The notes under the pieces: generated by a model
The model's database searches: none
Told to the model about the DNA's origin: nothing
The model's input: only the letters and a program-made list of their open reading frames with translations
Program-made: the position numbers and the translations under genes
Part shown: positions 21,146-31,223 of the stretch, piece by piece
Layout of the letters: each line of letters starts with the position of its first letter
How positions within the stretch are numbered: the first letter of the stretch is position 1
Assembly: GCA_963781585.1 (NCBI GenBank)
Contig: CAWAGQ010000010.1
Coordinates: forward strand, 160,001-224,000
Length of the DNA stretch: 64,000 nucleotides
Origin: an uncultured Gemmatimonadaceae bacterium
GTDB taxonomy: Bacteria; Gemmatimonadota; Gemmatimonadetes; Gemmatimonadales; Gemmatimonadaceae
Direction: 5' to 3'

Positions 21146-21946
21146 ATGCCCCCCGCGCCAACCCGGTCGGCCCGCCTCGTCGACACGCATTGCCATGTCG
21201 ACCTCTTCTCCGATCCGGCCGGTGTGGTGCGTGAGACTGAAAAGCACCAGGTCTACACCATCGCGGTAACCAACACACCGTCGGTATTCTCACATCTGTG
21301 CGGAATCATCGGGAACTCCCGATTTGTGCGACCAGCCTTGGGGCTGCACCCGGAGCTCGCACCGCAGCGCCATCGTGAACTGTCGCTCTTCACCGAGTTA
21401 CTTCCACAGACCCGCTACATCGGCGAGGTCGGGCTCGATTATCAGACCACCGCCGAATCCGAGCGTGTCGTGCAGCGACGGGTCCTAACCACCATCGTCG
21501 AGCAGTGCGACGCAGTCGGCGGAAAGATCGTTACGGCGCACAGTCGGCGCGCAGCCGAGGACGTAGTGTCTGCGTTCGGTGAAGGGTTCCGAGGCGCGTA
21601 CATCTTGCACTGGTATTCGGGAGCAGTGCGAACTCTCAAGCGCGCGGTTGCCAACGGCGCGTACTTCTCGGTCAACCCTGCAATGATGCGCTCCGATCGC
21701 GGACGAACGTTGGTGTCTCAGGTGCCGCGAGAGCGCGTACTCACCGAGACGGACGGGCCATTCGTATCCGTCGACGATGCACCAGCGTTGCCATATCAAG
21801 TCCACCTTGTGGTAGACGAGTTGGCGCGACTCTGGGGTGTTTCGCCCGATGAGGCGCGCAGTACCGTGCGCCAGAATCTGTCAGCCGTGCTGCGCGGTCG
21901 CGACGGCCGTTCCGACGGAGGTATCAATGAGCGGGGCGAGCTGTGA
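21146..21946 (+). CDS. qatD: Qat system TatD-family nuclease QatD
   Basis: DTHCH, GLHP, IGEVGLD, HSRRA, LHWYSG, TETDGP motifs. Confidence 0.93.
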   Translation: MPPAPTRSARLVDTHCHVDLFSDPAGVVRETEKHQVYTIAVTNTPSVFSHLCGIIGNSRFVRPALGLHPELAPQRHRELSLFTELLPQTRYIGEVGLDYQTTAESERVVQRRVLTTIVEQCDAVGGKIVTAHSRRAAEDVVSAFGEGFRGAYILHWYSGAVRTLKRAVANGAYFSVNPAMMRSDRGRTLVSQVPRERVLTETDGPFVSVDDAPALPYQVHLVVDELARLWGVSPDEARSTVRQNLSAVLRGRDGRSDGGINERGEL

Positions 21947-22145
21947 ATCGGTCTAACCCACGGCAGCAGCCGACGGTTCGCGCTCGGTGCCGCGGCGCGT
22001 TCGCTCTTGTCTAGCACCCGGGACCCGTTCCGGGACCCGTTCGAGGCCGAACTCGGCGCGATAGGCTCAGCGCCCAGAGCACCGCACGTGACGTCTTCAG
22101 AGGGAAGTTGGCGTATACTGCACTCAGCCCTTGTGTTTCGTCCTC

Positions 22146-22250
22146 CTTCCCAAGCTGGACGTCGCCGGTTCGAGTCCGGTCGCCCGCTCTCCCCAAGTGC
22201 TCGATCTCGACCCACCGCCGATCGCCGGAATCCCAACGGATCCCGGCGAT
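22146..22250 (+). repeat. attR direct repeat (displaced 3' half of tRNA-Gly plus terminator hairpin)
   Basis: Matches 9304-9408; includes the ATCGCCGG...CCGGCGAT hairpin. Confidence 0.95.
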
Positions 22251-22264
22251 CTCTGCGTGAGGGC

Positions 22265-23002
22265 TCATCGGCCGCGAATGAGGAACAGCAACCCCGCCAC
22301 GATCATCGTCGCTTCGATCAGCACCACGAACACCCGCTCGGAGAGTCGATCGACAATGCGCTTGCCCGTCCAGGAGCCCAGCACCATGACGGGACCCATC
22401 GCGAGGCCTACGAGAACCGAACTGCCGGAAAGCACCGCCGCATTCCGATACGCGACGAGCTTCGTCAGATGCATCACGACCGTCGACAGCGCCTCAGTGC
22501 CGATGTAGGCGCCCCGCACGAGTCCGAACGCGAGAAAAAACGGCGCCATCAGTGGCCCAACGCTCCCAAGAAGCGCCGAGACGAAACTGGCCGCGGCCCC
22601 GATGAGGGCGAAGCCGCGGAGCGGCGGACGCGGGAAGCCGCGTGGGCGCAGATGACGCCAGGCCACCACGAACAGCAGGAAAGCGCCGAGTAGCCGGGTC
22701 AGGGCGGCCAGCGGCGCGCGGGCGAAGAGCAATCCCCCGAGAAAGCCGAGCGGCACAGATCCGACTGCGAACCATCCCACCACCCGGTAGTTCAACTCAC
22801 GGCGGTTGAACCACACCCGGCTGCCGTTGCCGATGAGCTGTGCCACGGTGAGGATCGGCACCGCATCGCGTACCCCGACGGCGACCACCAAAACAGGCAG
22901 GAGCACCGCCGCTCCGCCAAATCCGGTGATGGCCGCGAGTGTGGACGCCACAAGGGCAGCGGCGCCGACAAGGAGCGAAGATCCGGCGGAGAGGTGTGGC
23001 AT
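22265..23002 (-). CDS. Sulfite exporter TauE/SafE family membrane protein
   Basis: TGFGGA..LLP, SALLGSVGP; hydrophobic 245 aa. Confidence 0.88.
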   Translation of the reverse strand: MPHLSAGSSLLVGAAALVASTLAAITGFGGAAVLLPVLVVAVGVRDAVPILTVAQLIGNGSRVWFNRRELNYRVVGWFAVGSVPLGFLGGLLFARAPLAALTRLLGAFLLFVVAWRHLRPRGFPRPPLRGFALIGAAASFVSALLGSVGPLMAPFFLAFGLVRGAYIGTEALSTVVMHLTKLVAYRNAAVLSGSSVLVGLAMGPVMVLGSWTGKRIVDRLSERVFVVLIEATMIVAGLLFLIRGR

Positions 23003-23122
23003 GTGGATGCGTGCAAGGTATCGAACCGGTCTCGGGGTTGGTGAGCACGCGGTCGCGCCTTATCGAAATCCGCCTCGTCACGGGCATCACTCCACACCCA
23101 GGCCCGCGACAGAACGACGCTG

Positions 23123-23173
23123 TTGACGATCGGAGCGGAGACGCGTAGGTTCCACTAACCTGGTTAGTGGAAC
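23123..23173 (+). promoter_or_regulatory. Promoter and perfect palindromic operator upstream of padR
   Basis: TTGACG, 17 bp, TAGGTT, overlapped by GTTCCACTAACC-T-GGTTAGTGGAAC (23149-23173). Confidence 0.75.
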
Positions 23174-23179
23174 GACCAC

Positions 23180-23509
23180 ATGCCCGACGCCAACGACCTC
23201 CTCCACGGCACGCTCGACGTCCTCGTCCTCAAGACCCTCACCTGGGGACCGATGCACGGCTACGCCATCTCGCAATCGATCGGCGCGCGCACGCGGGGCG
23301 AGCTCGAGATTGTCGATGCTGCACTCTACAAGTCGCTGCATCGGCTCGAGGCCGGCGGGGCGGTGACGGCGGAGTGGGGCGTCTCCGACAACAATCGGCG
23401 CGCCAGGTACTACTCGCTCACGGCAAAGGGGAGGCAGCAGCTGAGAGCCGCCGCCACCACCTGGCACCGGTACGCAGCCGCGGTGGTGCGGGTACTCGGT
23501 TCCGCCTGA
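23180..23509 (+). CDS. PadR family regulator (acidobacterial type)
   Basis: LLHGTLDVLVLK.L...PMHGYAI...LY..LHRLE...EWG.SDNNRRARYY.LT..G. Confidence 0.93.
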   Translation: MPDANDLLHGTLDVLVLKTLTWGPMHGYAISQSIGARTRGELEIVDAALYKSLHRLEAGGAVTAEWGVSDNNRRARYYSLTAKGRQQLRAAATTWHRYAAAVVRVLGSA

Positions 23510-23517
23510 GCCGCGCC

Positions 23518-26286
23518 ATGTCGCTTCACGACCATCCGAACATTCCCACCGGGGTGCGGCGCCTTCCCGCGCTCCCGGCCAGCCGATCGCGCCGCGAGCG
23601 CGAGCTGGACGACGAGGTCCGTTTTCATCTCGAGATGTGCATTGCCGATCTCGTCGCCCGCGGCATGAGCGAGGAGGACGCTCGGGCCGAAGCACAGCGG
23701 CGCTTCGGCGATACCGAGGAGCTCAGAGCCTACTGCCAGGGCGTCGAGGTGCCACACCTGCGTCGCATGACATTGCGCGAATGGTTCAGCGATGGGTCCC
23801 TCGCCCCCGCTCGAATGCGCCAGGCGGTTCGTCGCCTGATGCGCGCCCCGGTGTTCACCACCTCCGCGGTGCTCACACTCATGCTCGGTATCGGCGCGAC
23901 CTCGGCGGTGCTCGCGGTCGTCGATCGCGTCCTGCTCCGTCCGCTGCCGTATCCGCGTGCCGGGCAACTCGTCGATCTGTCGCACACGCTCACGATTTCC
24001 GGTCTGGCGTACGTCGATCAGTCGGATGCGACGTACCTGCTGTACCGGCGCGACAATCACGTGTTCAGCGACGTCGGCGCGTATCGGTCGCTCGCGGTGA
24101 ATCTGGCTTCGAACGCCGCTGCCGGATCGGGGGATGGCGCCTCGACGGAGCGACTGCCGGCGGCGCTGGCGACGGCCAGTGTCTTCCGCGTGCTGGGCGC
24201 CGCCGCGCAGCTCGGGCGTGGCCTTCGTGAGGACGACGGCGGTCCCGGCGCGCCCCCGGTGGTGGTGCTGAGTCACGGGCTCTGGCAGCGCGCGTTCGGG
24301 GGCAGTGCGTCGGTGATCGGGACGCGCGTATCCGTCGATGGCGTGCAACGCGACGTGGTGGGGGTGATGCCGGCCGGGTTCGAATTTCCGGAGTCGGGGA
24401 CGTCGCTGTGGATTCCGCTCCCCCTCGATCCGGCACGCACCCGGTCGGCGGCATTCGACTATCGCGGCATCGCGCGCCTGAAACCCGGTGTCACGCTGGA
24501 AGCGGCCCGCGCCGATCTGCAGCGACTGCTCCCGCGCGTGCCCGAAGTGTTTCCGGGTCGGCTCACCGCCGGGGCGATCACGTTGACGCGGATGCAGACG
24601 GTGGTGCGTCCGCTTCGCGATCTTCTGGTCGGCGACGTGCGACGCACGCTCTGGATCGTGCTGGGCGCGGTGGGGACGCTGCTGCTGCTCGCCTGCGCCA
24701 ACGTCGCCAACCTCTTTCTCGCACGGGCCGAAGGGCGCCACCGCGAACTCACGGTGCGGCGCGCCCTCGGGGCCGGCCGCGCCGCGCTCCTCACCGAGTT
24801 CCTGTCGGAATCGCTGCTCGTCTCCGCGGCCGGTGCCGCGTTAGGCATCGCGCTCGCCTCGGCCGGGGTGCGGCTGCTCCGGACCATGGAGTGGGGGGTC
24901 CGGATTCCGCGGCTGGCCGAGGTCCGGCTGGACGCCGCGTCGGTCGGGGTGACGGTGTGCCTGTCACTCCTCGCGGCGTTGGGGGTGGCGGTTGTTCCCT
25001 TTCTGCGCGTCCGCAAGACATCGCCGGCGGCGGCGCTCGTTGCCAGCGCGCCGTCCGCATCCGGTGGACGCACCCGGTCCCGTGCCCGACGGGCCCTCGT
25101 GGTCGTGCAGGTTGCGCTGGCCCTGGTGCTGCTCACCGCGGCCGGCCTGTTTGCACGGAGTTTCGCCCGGCTTCGCTCGGTCGATCCCGGATTCCGCGCG
25201 GATCACGTGCTGACGTTCCGGGTGGCGCTGCCCGAGGCGCTCTATCCGGACGCGGGCGATGCCGCGGCGCTCATCCTTGGCGCGCTGGACAGTATCGGTG
25301 CGCTCCCCGGTGTGGAGGCGGCCGGTGTCATCACGACGCTTCCGCTCGATCAGGAGACCCGACAGGACAGCGCGGTGTGGGTGGAGGATCATCCCGATCC
25401 AACGAGCCGCACCCTGCGCATTCATCAGATGCTGTTCGTGACCTCCGGGTATTTCCACGCGATGCGGATTCCCCTGGTGGCGGGTCGACTGTTCGCACGG
25501 CCGGAGCCGGCACTCGATGTCGGTCAGATCCCCCGCGAAGTCATCGTGAGCAAGGCATTCGCCGAGCGGTACTGGCCCGGGGGAAGCGCCATCGGAAAGC
25601 GGGTTCGCATGAATCCGGTCGATCCGTGGTCCACGATCGTCGGCGTGGTCGGTAACGTGCGCGACGATGGCCTGGACCGCCCGCCCACGGAATCGGTCTA
25701 CAATCCGCTGGTGGTGGCGAGTGTGACGGGCGCGGCGTGGTCCCCGCGGAACGTCGCGTTCGCGGCGCGGGCGCGCGGTGAGGAATCGTCGATTGCGGCG
25801 CCGATCGAGCGGGTGGTGCAGCGCCTGGCCCCGTCGCTGCCGGTGTACCGGATGATGCTGGCTGGCGCGCTGGTGTCGCGTGCGGTGTCGCGCACCACGT
25901 TCACGCTCCTGCTCCTCGGCCTGGCGGCGGTGATGGCGGTGACGATCGGAGCGGTCGGGATCTACGGCGTGATTGCCTATCTGGTGAGCTTGCGCGCGCG
26001 CGAGATGGGCGTGCGACTCGCGCTCGGGGCGCGCCCGCTGGACGTCCGCCGGCTGGTGACGCGTCAGGCGCTGGGCGACGCCGCGCTCGGCATCGGCGCC
26101 GGACTGGTCGCGGCGGCGGCGACCACGCGCGTGCTGGTCACCCTGCTGTTCGGAGTGCGTCCCCTGGATCCGATCGCGTTAGGCAGCGCGGCGGCGTTGC
26201 TGCTGATCGCCGCGCTGGCGGCGAGCTGGCTGCCCGCCCGCCGGGCGGCGCGGCTGGATCCCGCGAGCGTGCTGCGCCTGGAATAG
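23518..26286 (+). CDS. ADOP-type duplicated MacB/FtsX ABC permease
   Basis: ELDDEVRFHLE prefix, [37 protein letters not shown]; follows PadR. Confidence 0.92.
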   Translation: MSLHDHPNIPTGVRRLPALPASRSRRERELDDEVRFHLEMCIADLVARGMSEEDARAEAQRRFGDTEELRAYCQGVEVPHLRRMTLREWFSDGSLAPARMRQAVRRLMRAPVFTTSAVLTLMLGIGATSAVLAVVDRVLLRPLPYPRAGQLVDLSHTLTISGLAYVDQSDATYLLYRRDNHVFSDVGAYRSLAVNLASNAAAGSGDGASTERLPAALATASVFRVLGAAAQLGRGLREDDGGPGAPPVVVLSHGLWQRAFGGSASVIGTRVSVDGVQRDVVGVMPAGFEFPESGTSLWIPLPLDPARTRSAAFDYRGIARLKPGVTLEAARADLQRLLPRVPEVFPGRLTAGAITLTRMQTVVRPLRDLLVGDVRRTLWIVLGAVGTLLLLACANVANLFLARAEGRHRELTVRRALGAGRAALLTEFLSESLLVSAAGAALGIALASAGVRLLRTMEWGVRIPRLAEVRLDAASVGVTVCLSLLAALGVAVVPFLRVRKTSPAAALVASAPSASGGRTRSRARRALVVVQVALALVLLTAAGLFARSFARLRSVDPGFRADHVLTFRVALPEALYPDAGDAAALILGALDSIGALPGVEAAGVITTLPLDQETRQDSAVWVEDHPDPTSRTLRIHQMLFVTSGYFHAMRIPLVAGRLFARPEPALDVGQIPREVIVSKAFAERYWPGGSAIGKRVRMNPVDPWSTIVGVVGNVRDDGLDRPPTESVYNPLVVASVTGAAWSPRNVAFAARARGEESSIAAPIERVVQRLAPSLPVYRMMLAGALVSRAVSRTTFTLLLLGLAAVMAVTIGAVGIYGVIAYLVSLRAREMGVRLALGARPLDVRRLVTRQALGDAALGIGAGLVAAAATTRVLVTLLFGVRPLDPIALGSAAALLLIAALAASWLPARRAARLDPASVLRLE

Positions 26287-26332
26287 CACCTCGGCCGCGC
26301 GAGGCGGATTCCGGGAGACATCGACGCGGCCG

Positions 26333-27835
26333 CTATGGCCAGCGCACGGGCGCCGGACTGGCGCGCGGGGTGGTGGTTCCGTCGCCAAGCTCGCCGCTGC
26401 CGTTGTTGCCCCAGCAGTAGACCGCGCTGGCGCTGGTAATCCCGCAGCTGAAGGCGGTCCCGGGCGATATGCTCTGGAATGTCAGGCCACCAGTGACCGC
26501 GACCGGGAGGGATCGGTTGTCGAGCGTGCCGTCACCCACCTCGCCCGCGTTGTATCCCCAGCAGTAGCCCGCGCCAGCATCGGTGACGCCGCACATGGTC
26601 TCGTATCCGGCGGCAAGGCCCTGGAACGTCAGCCCGCCGCCGACCGCGACCGGAACGAGGCTTCGCGTGATCCCGCCCTCGGTGCCGCTGGTGCCGTTGC
26701 CCAGCGTTCCGACGGAATTATTTCCCCAGCAGTACGCCTTGCCGGCAGTGGTCAGGCCGCAAACGGCCAGCCCTCCTGCAGCGAGACTCCGGAAGGTCAG
26801 GCCGCCGGAGACGGGCACGGGCGCGGTGCTGCTGGTGCCAAGGCCGTTTCCCAACTGACCGAACACGCCCAGCCCCCAGCAAAAAGCGTCGCCGGCCGGC
26901 GTCAGGGCGCACGCGTAGTCGCTGCCCGCGACGATGCTCGCGAAGGCCATCCCCGCCGCCGCCACCGACGGGGTCAGGTGGGTCCCGGTGGTTCCGTCGC
27001 CGAAGGCGCCGTTGGGTGAGAATCCCCAGCAGTACGCGGTGCCGTTGATCGCCACGCCGCACACGACGGCATTGCCCACGGCAAGACTCCTGAACGTCAG
27101 CCCGCCAGCTACCGGAGTCGGGGCCAATCGTTGCGCGGTGGTACCATCTCCCAGCTGACCGCTCCGGTTCTCGCCCCAGCAGTAGGCGGCGCCACCGCCG
27201 GTGAGCCCGCAGCTGACTCCTTCGACCTTGGAGACGGAAACCGTGTTGAACGCGAGCCCGCCGGCGACCGCGATTGGTGTCGGGTTGACCGCCGACGTCT
27301 CGTTGTTCCCCAGTTGTCCGCTCTCGTTGAACCCCCAGCAATACGCGGCGCCGGCACTCGTTACCGCGCAAACATGAGCGCCCGCCGCCACGAAGCTGAC
27401 CGCGGGGCCGCCACCGGACGTGCCGCTGACCGTTACGACCTCGGTCGCCTGCTGCGCCTCAGCGCCGGGCGCACTGGCGTGCACGACGACCTGATACGAC
27501 GCCTGGGCGAGTGTCGCGGTGGCCGTGACCGTGAGGGTCGCGCTATCCGGGTCACTTGTGCCCACGAGGCTGACGACAAGCCCGGGTGGTGCGCCCGCGG
27601 CCGTGTAGGTGATGCCGCTCGCAAGTCCGCCGGTACGAGTGACCCGCAGGTAGGTGCTGGCCGACCCACCGGACCTCACCGACAGATTCGAGGTGCCAAG
27701 GGTCAACGTGAACGCCGGGGGCGGAGGATACCCGGTGCTGTCCGTAATAGCTGAGTCGCATGCCAGGATCGCGGCGCCAGCGGCGAGAATCGCGAGTACA
27801 GCACGCGTCGGCCCGAGAAGGGAGTGACGCAACAT
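26333..27835 (-). CDS. RCC1-repeat lipoprotein with N-terminal Ig-like domain
   Basis: Seven AYCWG.N..GQLG-type repeats; lipobox-like AILAC. Confidence 0.9.
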   Translation of the reverse strand: MLRHSLLGPTRAVLAILAAGAAILACDSAITDSTGYPPPPAFTLTLGTSNLSVRSGGSASTYLRVTRTGGLASGITYTAAGAPPGLVVSLVGTSDPDSATLTVTATATLAQASYQVVVHASAPGAEAQQATEVVTVSGTSGGGPAVSFVAAGAHVCAVTSAGAAYCWGFNESGQLGNNETSAVNPTPIAVAGGLAFNTVSVSKVEGVSCGLTGGGAAYCWGENRSGQLGDGTTAQRLAPTPVAGGLTFRSLAVGNAVVCGVAINGTAYCWGFSPNGAFGDGTTGTHLTPSVAAAGMAFASIVAGSDYACALTPAGDAFCWGLGVFGQLGNGLGTSSTAPVPVSGGLTFRSLAAGGLAVCGLTTAGKAYCWGNNSVGTLGNGTSGTEGGITRSLVPVAVGGGLTFQGLAAGYETMCGVTDAGAGYCWGYNAGEVGDGTLDNRSLPVAVTGGLTFQSISPGTAFSCGITSASAVYCWGNNGSGELGDGTTTPRASPAPVRWP

Positions 27836-28002
27836 GAGGGAGGTGGGGTGAATTGGGTCGGAGGCGCATTTTAGTTCTCAAACCTGACGGACACGACGTT
27901 GATGCGGCGTGTCAGCGCCTCGCCATGAATCGCATATCACTCCGGTTCGTTCCACTCGTTGAGGCCGAATGCGGCACGTGATGGGGGACGCCATGGTTTG
28001 AC

Positions 28003-29607
28003 TCACCCGCACCGCTGCAATACCCGCCGCGCGTCTGGCGCGCCTGGAAACAGGGCGAGGGCACGGCGGGCGTATCCGCGCGCTACCGCGCACTGGCCGC
28101 GAGCGGCGTAGAGTTGAGCCACGCGAAGATTGATCCGGTAGCTGCCCGGATCCCATGACGCGGCGGCAATCCACCCGGCGCGCGATCCACCCGTCCCGAC
28201 TCTGGTGATGGCGACAGTCTGCATCTCGCTCCGGAGAACGGCGGCGCCGACGGTGACGAGGAGCGCAGCCTTGGTGATGAACCGCGGCCCGCGCGCGATC
28301 GTCACCGCGCGTCCGCGGCGGCCGCCGCCGCTCGCTGCGCCCAGCACCGACCACGCGACAAACGCCGGCGCGGCGAGGAGCAGCACCGCGTCAAAGAGGC
28401 TGACCACGAGGGTAGTGGTGATGGTCGCGAGCAGCGTGAGCTTCCCCAGCACGGCGTCGCTATCGCCGGCCTCCGGCCATCGCCGCCAGGCGCTCAGGTA
28501 CAACGACCCGAATACGCCGAGCAACGCGAGCACCGCCACTATGCCTCGCTCCGACAGCAGGGCGATCCAGTCGCTGCTCGGCCACGGGTTCGCGGTCATG
28601 CCATCGTCGGCAATCGAGGGGTCACCGCGCGGGGCGAATTCAACGTAATGCACCGGCCAATTGCCCGGACCGACACCAAGAATCGGATTCGCGACTGCCA
28701 TCCTGACCGAGTTTCGGTACTGCGCGACGCGACCCCGGCCGCTGCCGCTGCTGTAGTCCACCAGCCCGAGCGCCGAATCGAGGTACGGAGAGTCGCTGGT
28801 CCAGTTGAGATGGTTCGGCAGGAGGACGGCCAGGCCGGCGCCTGCTGCGCCGCTCAACGCCAGACGCCGGAACCGATCGCGCACGCGTTTCGCCGTCCAG
28901 TGACGCCGCGAGGCGAGCAGCGGAATGACAACACTCGCGACGCAGGCGATGACGGCGAGCCAGGCAGCGCGCGTTCGCGACAGGATCAGCACTGCCGCGA
29001 CGACCGCGACGCCGACCGACCCCAGGACGGCGCCGAGCGAGCGCCGAGCAGTCACCGCGCAATAGACGAGGGTCGGCAATCCGATCGCCGCCAGGTGCGC
29101 CACGAAGTTGCGATTGCCGAACGTGCCGCCGGGGACGCGGTTGAGGCTGAAGTATGCGCTCGTCAAGCCGTACGCCTGCGCCAGCGCCGTGGCGGCGCCG
29201 CACACCGTGGCCAGGGCCGCGGCGGCAAGGATTGGTCGATGCCATCCTGCCGCAGCGAGCCGTCTGGTCATCCAGAAAATCACCGCACTGGACGCGCTCA
29301 CCCCCAAGGCGCGCTGTGCCAGCCAGTGGTTGGTGGCGAACAGCGAGGAAGCTGCGCTGCAGACGAGGAAGAGCACCAGCAGAGCGTCGGCGGCATCGAG
29401 CGTCACCGTGTGCGCCCGCGCGAGCAGCATGACCGCGGTGACGAAGGCGACGAGATGCAGCGCGAGCTCCTTCGGCACAAAGTACCGATCGAGCTCGAAG
29501 GACTTGTGCGGAAGCGCCGCCAACGTAACGGCGATGAGCCCCGCAGACAGGAGCCCGACTGCCGCGGCGCTCCACCACCCCGTGGGGGGCGCACGTTCCT
29601 CCGTCAT
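28003..29607 (-). CDS. O-antigen ligase (Wzy_C) family membrane protein
   Basis: GTFGNRNF.A, LSRTRAAW, PILGVGPGNW, many TMs, TPR-like tail; start MTEERAP. Confidence 0.85.
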   Translation of the reverse strand: MTEERAPPTGWWSAAAVGLLSAGLIAVTLAALPHKSFELDRYFVPKELALHLVAFVTAVMLLARAHTVTLDAADALLVLFLVCSAASSLFATNHWLAQRALGVSASSAVIFWMTRRLAAAGWHRPILAAAALATVCGAATALAQAYGLTSAYFSLNRVPGGTFGNRNFVAHLAAIGLPTLVYCAVTARRSLGAVLGSVGVAVVAAVLILSRTRAAWLAVIACVASVVIPLLASRRHWTAKRVRDRFRRLALSGAAGAGLAVLLPNHLNWTSDSPYLDSALGLVDYSSGSGRGRVAQYRNSVRMAVANPILGVGPGNWPVHYVEFAPRGDPSIADDGMTANPWPSSDWIALLSERGIVAVLALLGVFGSLYLSAWRRWPEAGDSDAVLGKLTLLATITTTLVVSLFDAVLLLAAPAFVAWSVLGAASGGGRRGRAVTIARGPRFITKAALLVTVGAAVLRSEMQTVAITRVGTGGSRAGWIAAASWDPGSYRINLRVAQLYAARGQCAVARGYARRALALFPGAPDARRVLQRCG

Positions 29608-29674
29608 GGGATTCCGACTGGCGTTACCGGATCCCGTGTGCTGGCTCGCCGACCACGAGCATCGCCGAGTTCGG

Positions 29675-30889
29675 TCACCGCCGGGGCGGCGGCCGTGGCG
29701 GGTCCACCAGCGTCGCGTGCGAGCTGCGGTAGGGCTCGAAGCCGCGTCCCCAGTCCACCCCCACCACCTGCACGTCAACCGCGGTTCCGTTCACCGTCAC
29801 GACCAGATAGTGAAAGGGATTGGCTCCGGGGTCTGACGATGGGCGAACGAGATGCTCGAGCGAGACGTGCTCGCTCGCGGCGCCGCGAAGATAGTCGCCC
29901 AGCGCAGGCTCGCCGCGATACGCGTAGAGTGGCGCACCCCCTCCTCCGCTCACGATCTCATCGATGCGATGGGTCCCCGTGCTGTCCTGGTAGCGCTCGA
30001 CCCAGTGCTCGAACAGGTGCTCGTGTCCCGTCAGCAGCAGTCGCACGTGATATTGCCGGAACAACGGCATGTAGAGTGTTCTGAGGACGGCCGCCTGCCG
30101 TTCCACGGTCGCCCCGCCGTGTGGTCCCGAAGAGAAGGGTGGGTGATGGAAGAAAGCCACCACGTTCACGTACCGGCGCCGGTCGAGCCCGGCGAGCTGT
30201 CCCTTCACCCAGTTGAACTGGATCGTGTCTCCCGCAATGTCGGAGTCGAACGCGATGAAGAACGAGTTGCCGTATCCAAACGCGTACGCCGGATAACCCG
30301 GCAGCCGCCGGGGGGAGCCGTCGGGCGGAATGAGCTTCGCGTTCGCGGCCAGATAGTTGCGCAACCCGGCAATGCGATCGGGCGCATTGATGTCCGGTGA
30401 GCTGGTCACGTCATGATTGCCGGGGGCAAGGAAGTACCAGACCCCGCCCACACTCGTCAGGCGCTCGATCAACGGGATGTAGCTGATGTTCCACTGGGCG
30501 CAGAAGACGCCGGACTGGACGGCGTCGCCACTCTGCAGCACGAAGCGGACAGGTGCAGGTCCATTTGCCATCGACCTGATCGTGCCGAGGATCGACTCGA
30601 TGACCAGCGTGTGTTCCGCCTGAAGCGCCGTACCATCATGGCGCCCACGGGTGTCGCCATAGGCGATGAAGGAGAACCTGGTGATTCCGGCCGACGCCGC
30701 CTCGGATGGGAGGGGCTGGCTGGGCGGCGCGATCGCGCGCACCGAATCCCCGGCGCATGGGCTGGCCGCGTTCGGCGACGGTACCCCCTGCGCCGCCGAG
30801 TGCGCCGGCAGGGCGACCACCAGAATTGCAATCACGATTCCTGCAGGGGGGAGGAGCAGCCGCCGCCTGAGTGAAACAGCCACGGACAT
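29675..30889 (-). CDS. Exported calcineurin-like metallophosphoesterase
   Basis: YGDTR, SGD, GNHD, FHHP, TGHEH motifs; signal peptide. Confidence 0.9.
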   Translation of the reverse strand: MSVAVSLRRRLLLPPAGIVIAILVVALPAHSAAQGVPSPNAASPCAGDSVRAIAPPSQPLPSEAASAGITRFSFIAYGDTRGRHDGTALQAEHTLVIESILGTIRSMANGPAPVRFVLQSGDAVQSGVFCAQWNISYIPLIERLTSVGGVWYFLAPGNHDVTSSPDINAPDRIAGLRNYLAANAKLIPPDGSPRRLPGYPAYAFGYGNSFFIAFDSDIAGDTIQFNWVKGQLAGLDRRRYVNVVAFFHHPPFSSGPHGGATVERQAAVLRTLYMPLFRQYHVRLLLTGHEHLFEHWVERYQDSTGTHRIDEIVSGGGGAPLYAYRGEPALGDYLRGAASEHVSLEHLVRPSSDPGANPFHYLVVTVNGTAVDVQVVGVDWGRGFEPYRSSHATLVDPPRPPPRR

Positions 30890-31223
30890 TTGGGTCTCCG
30901 TAAACAAGAAGTTCCTGACACGGGGCGGAAAACGTTCGCCGCGGACGGAGCAGCTGGTTCCGGTACAAGCGAGCAGGTTGGGAACAGACACCATGGGCTG
31001 CTGCGTCGGGCCGCTGGTGAGGAATGGGTAACGATCGGTTCACCATCCAGCGAGTGGCGGTCGTGCCGTTTCAGTCTCCGCACCCGAACATCTTCAAGCA
31101 GCCAAAGAAGCCCACCTGACGCGGCCCCCCCGGACGCCAAGGCATCGGCGCATCGCGACGCCGCACGGGAGAACTCTGCTGCGGAGGCCCTTGACCACGG
31201 CGGAGCGGCGTCGACATCCATAG

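Noticed and set aside
22146..22188. Second tRNA-Gly gene
   Set aside because: Only the 3' half is present; it is the attR copy
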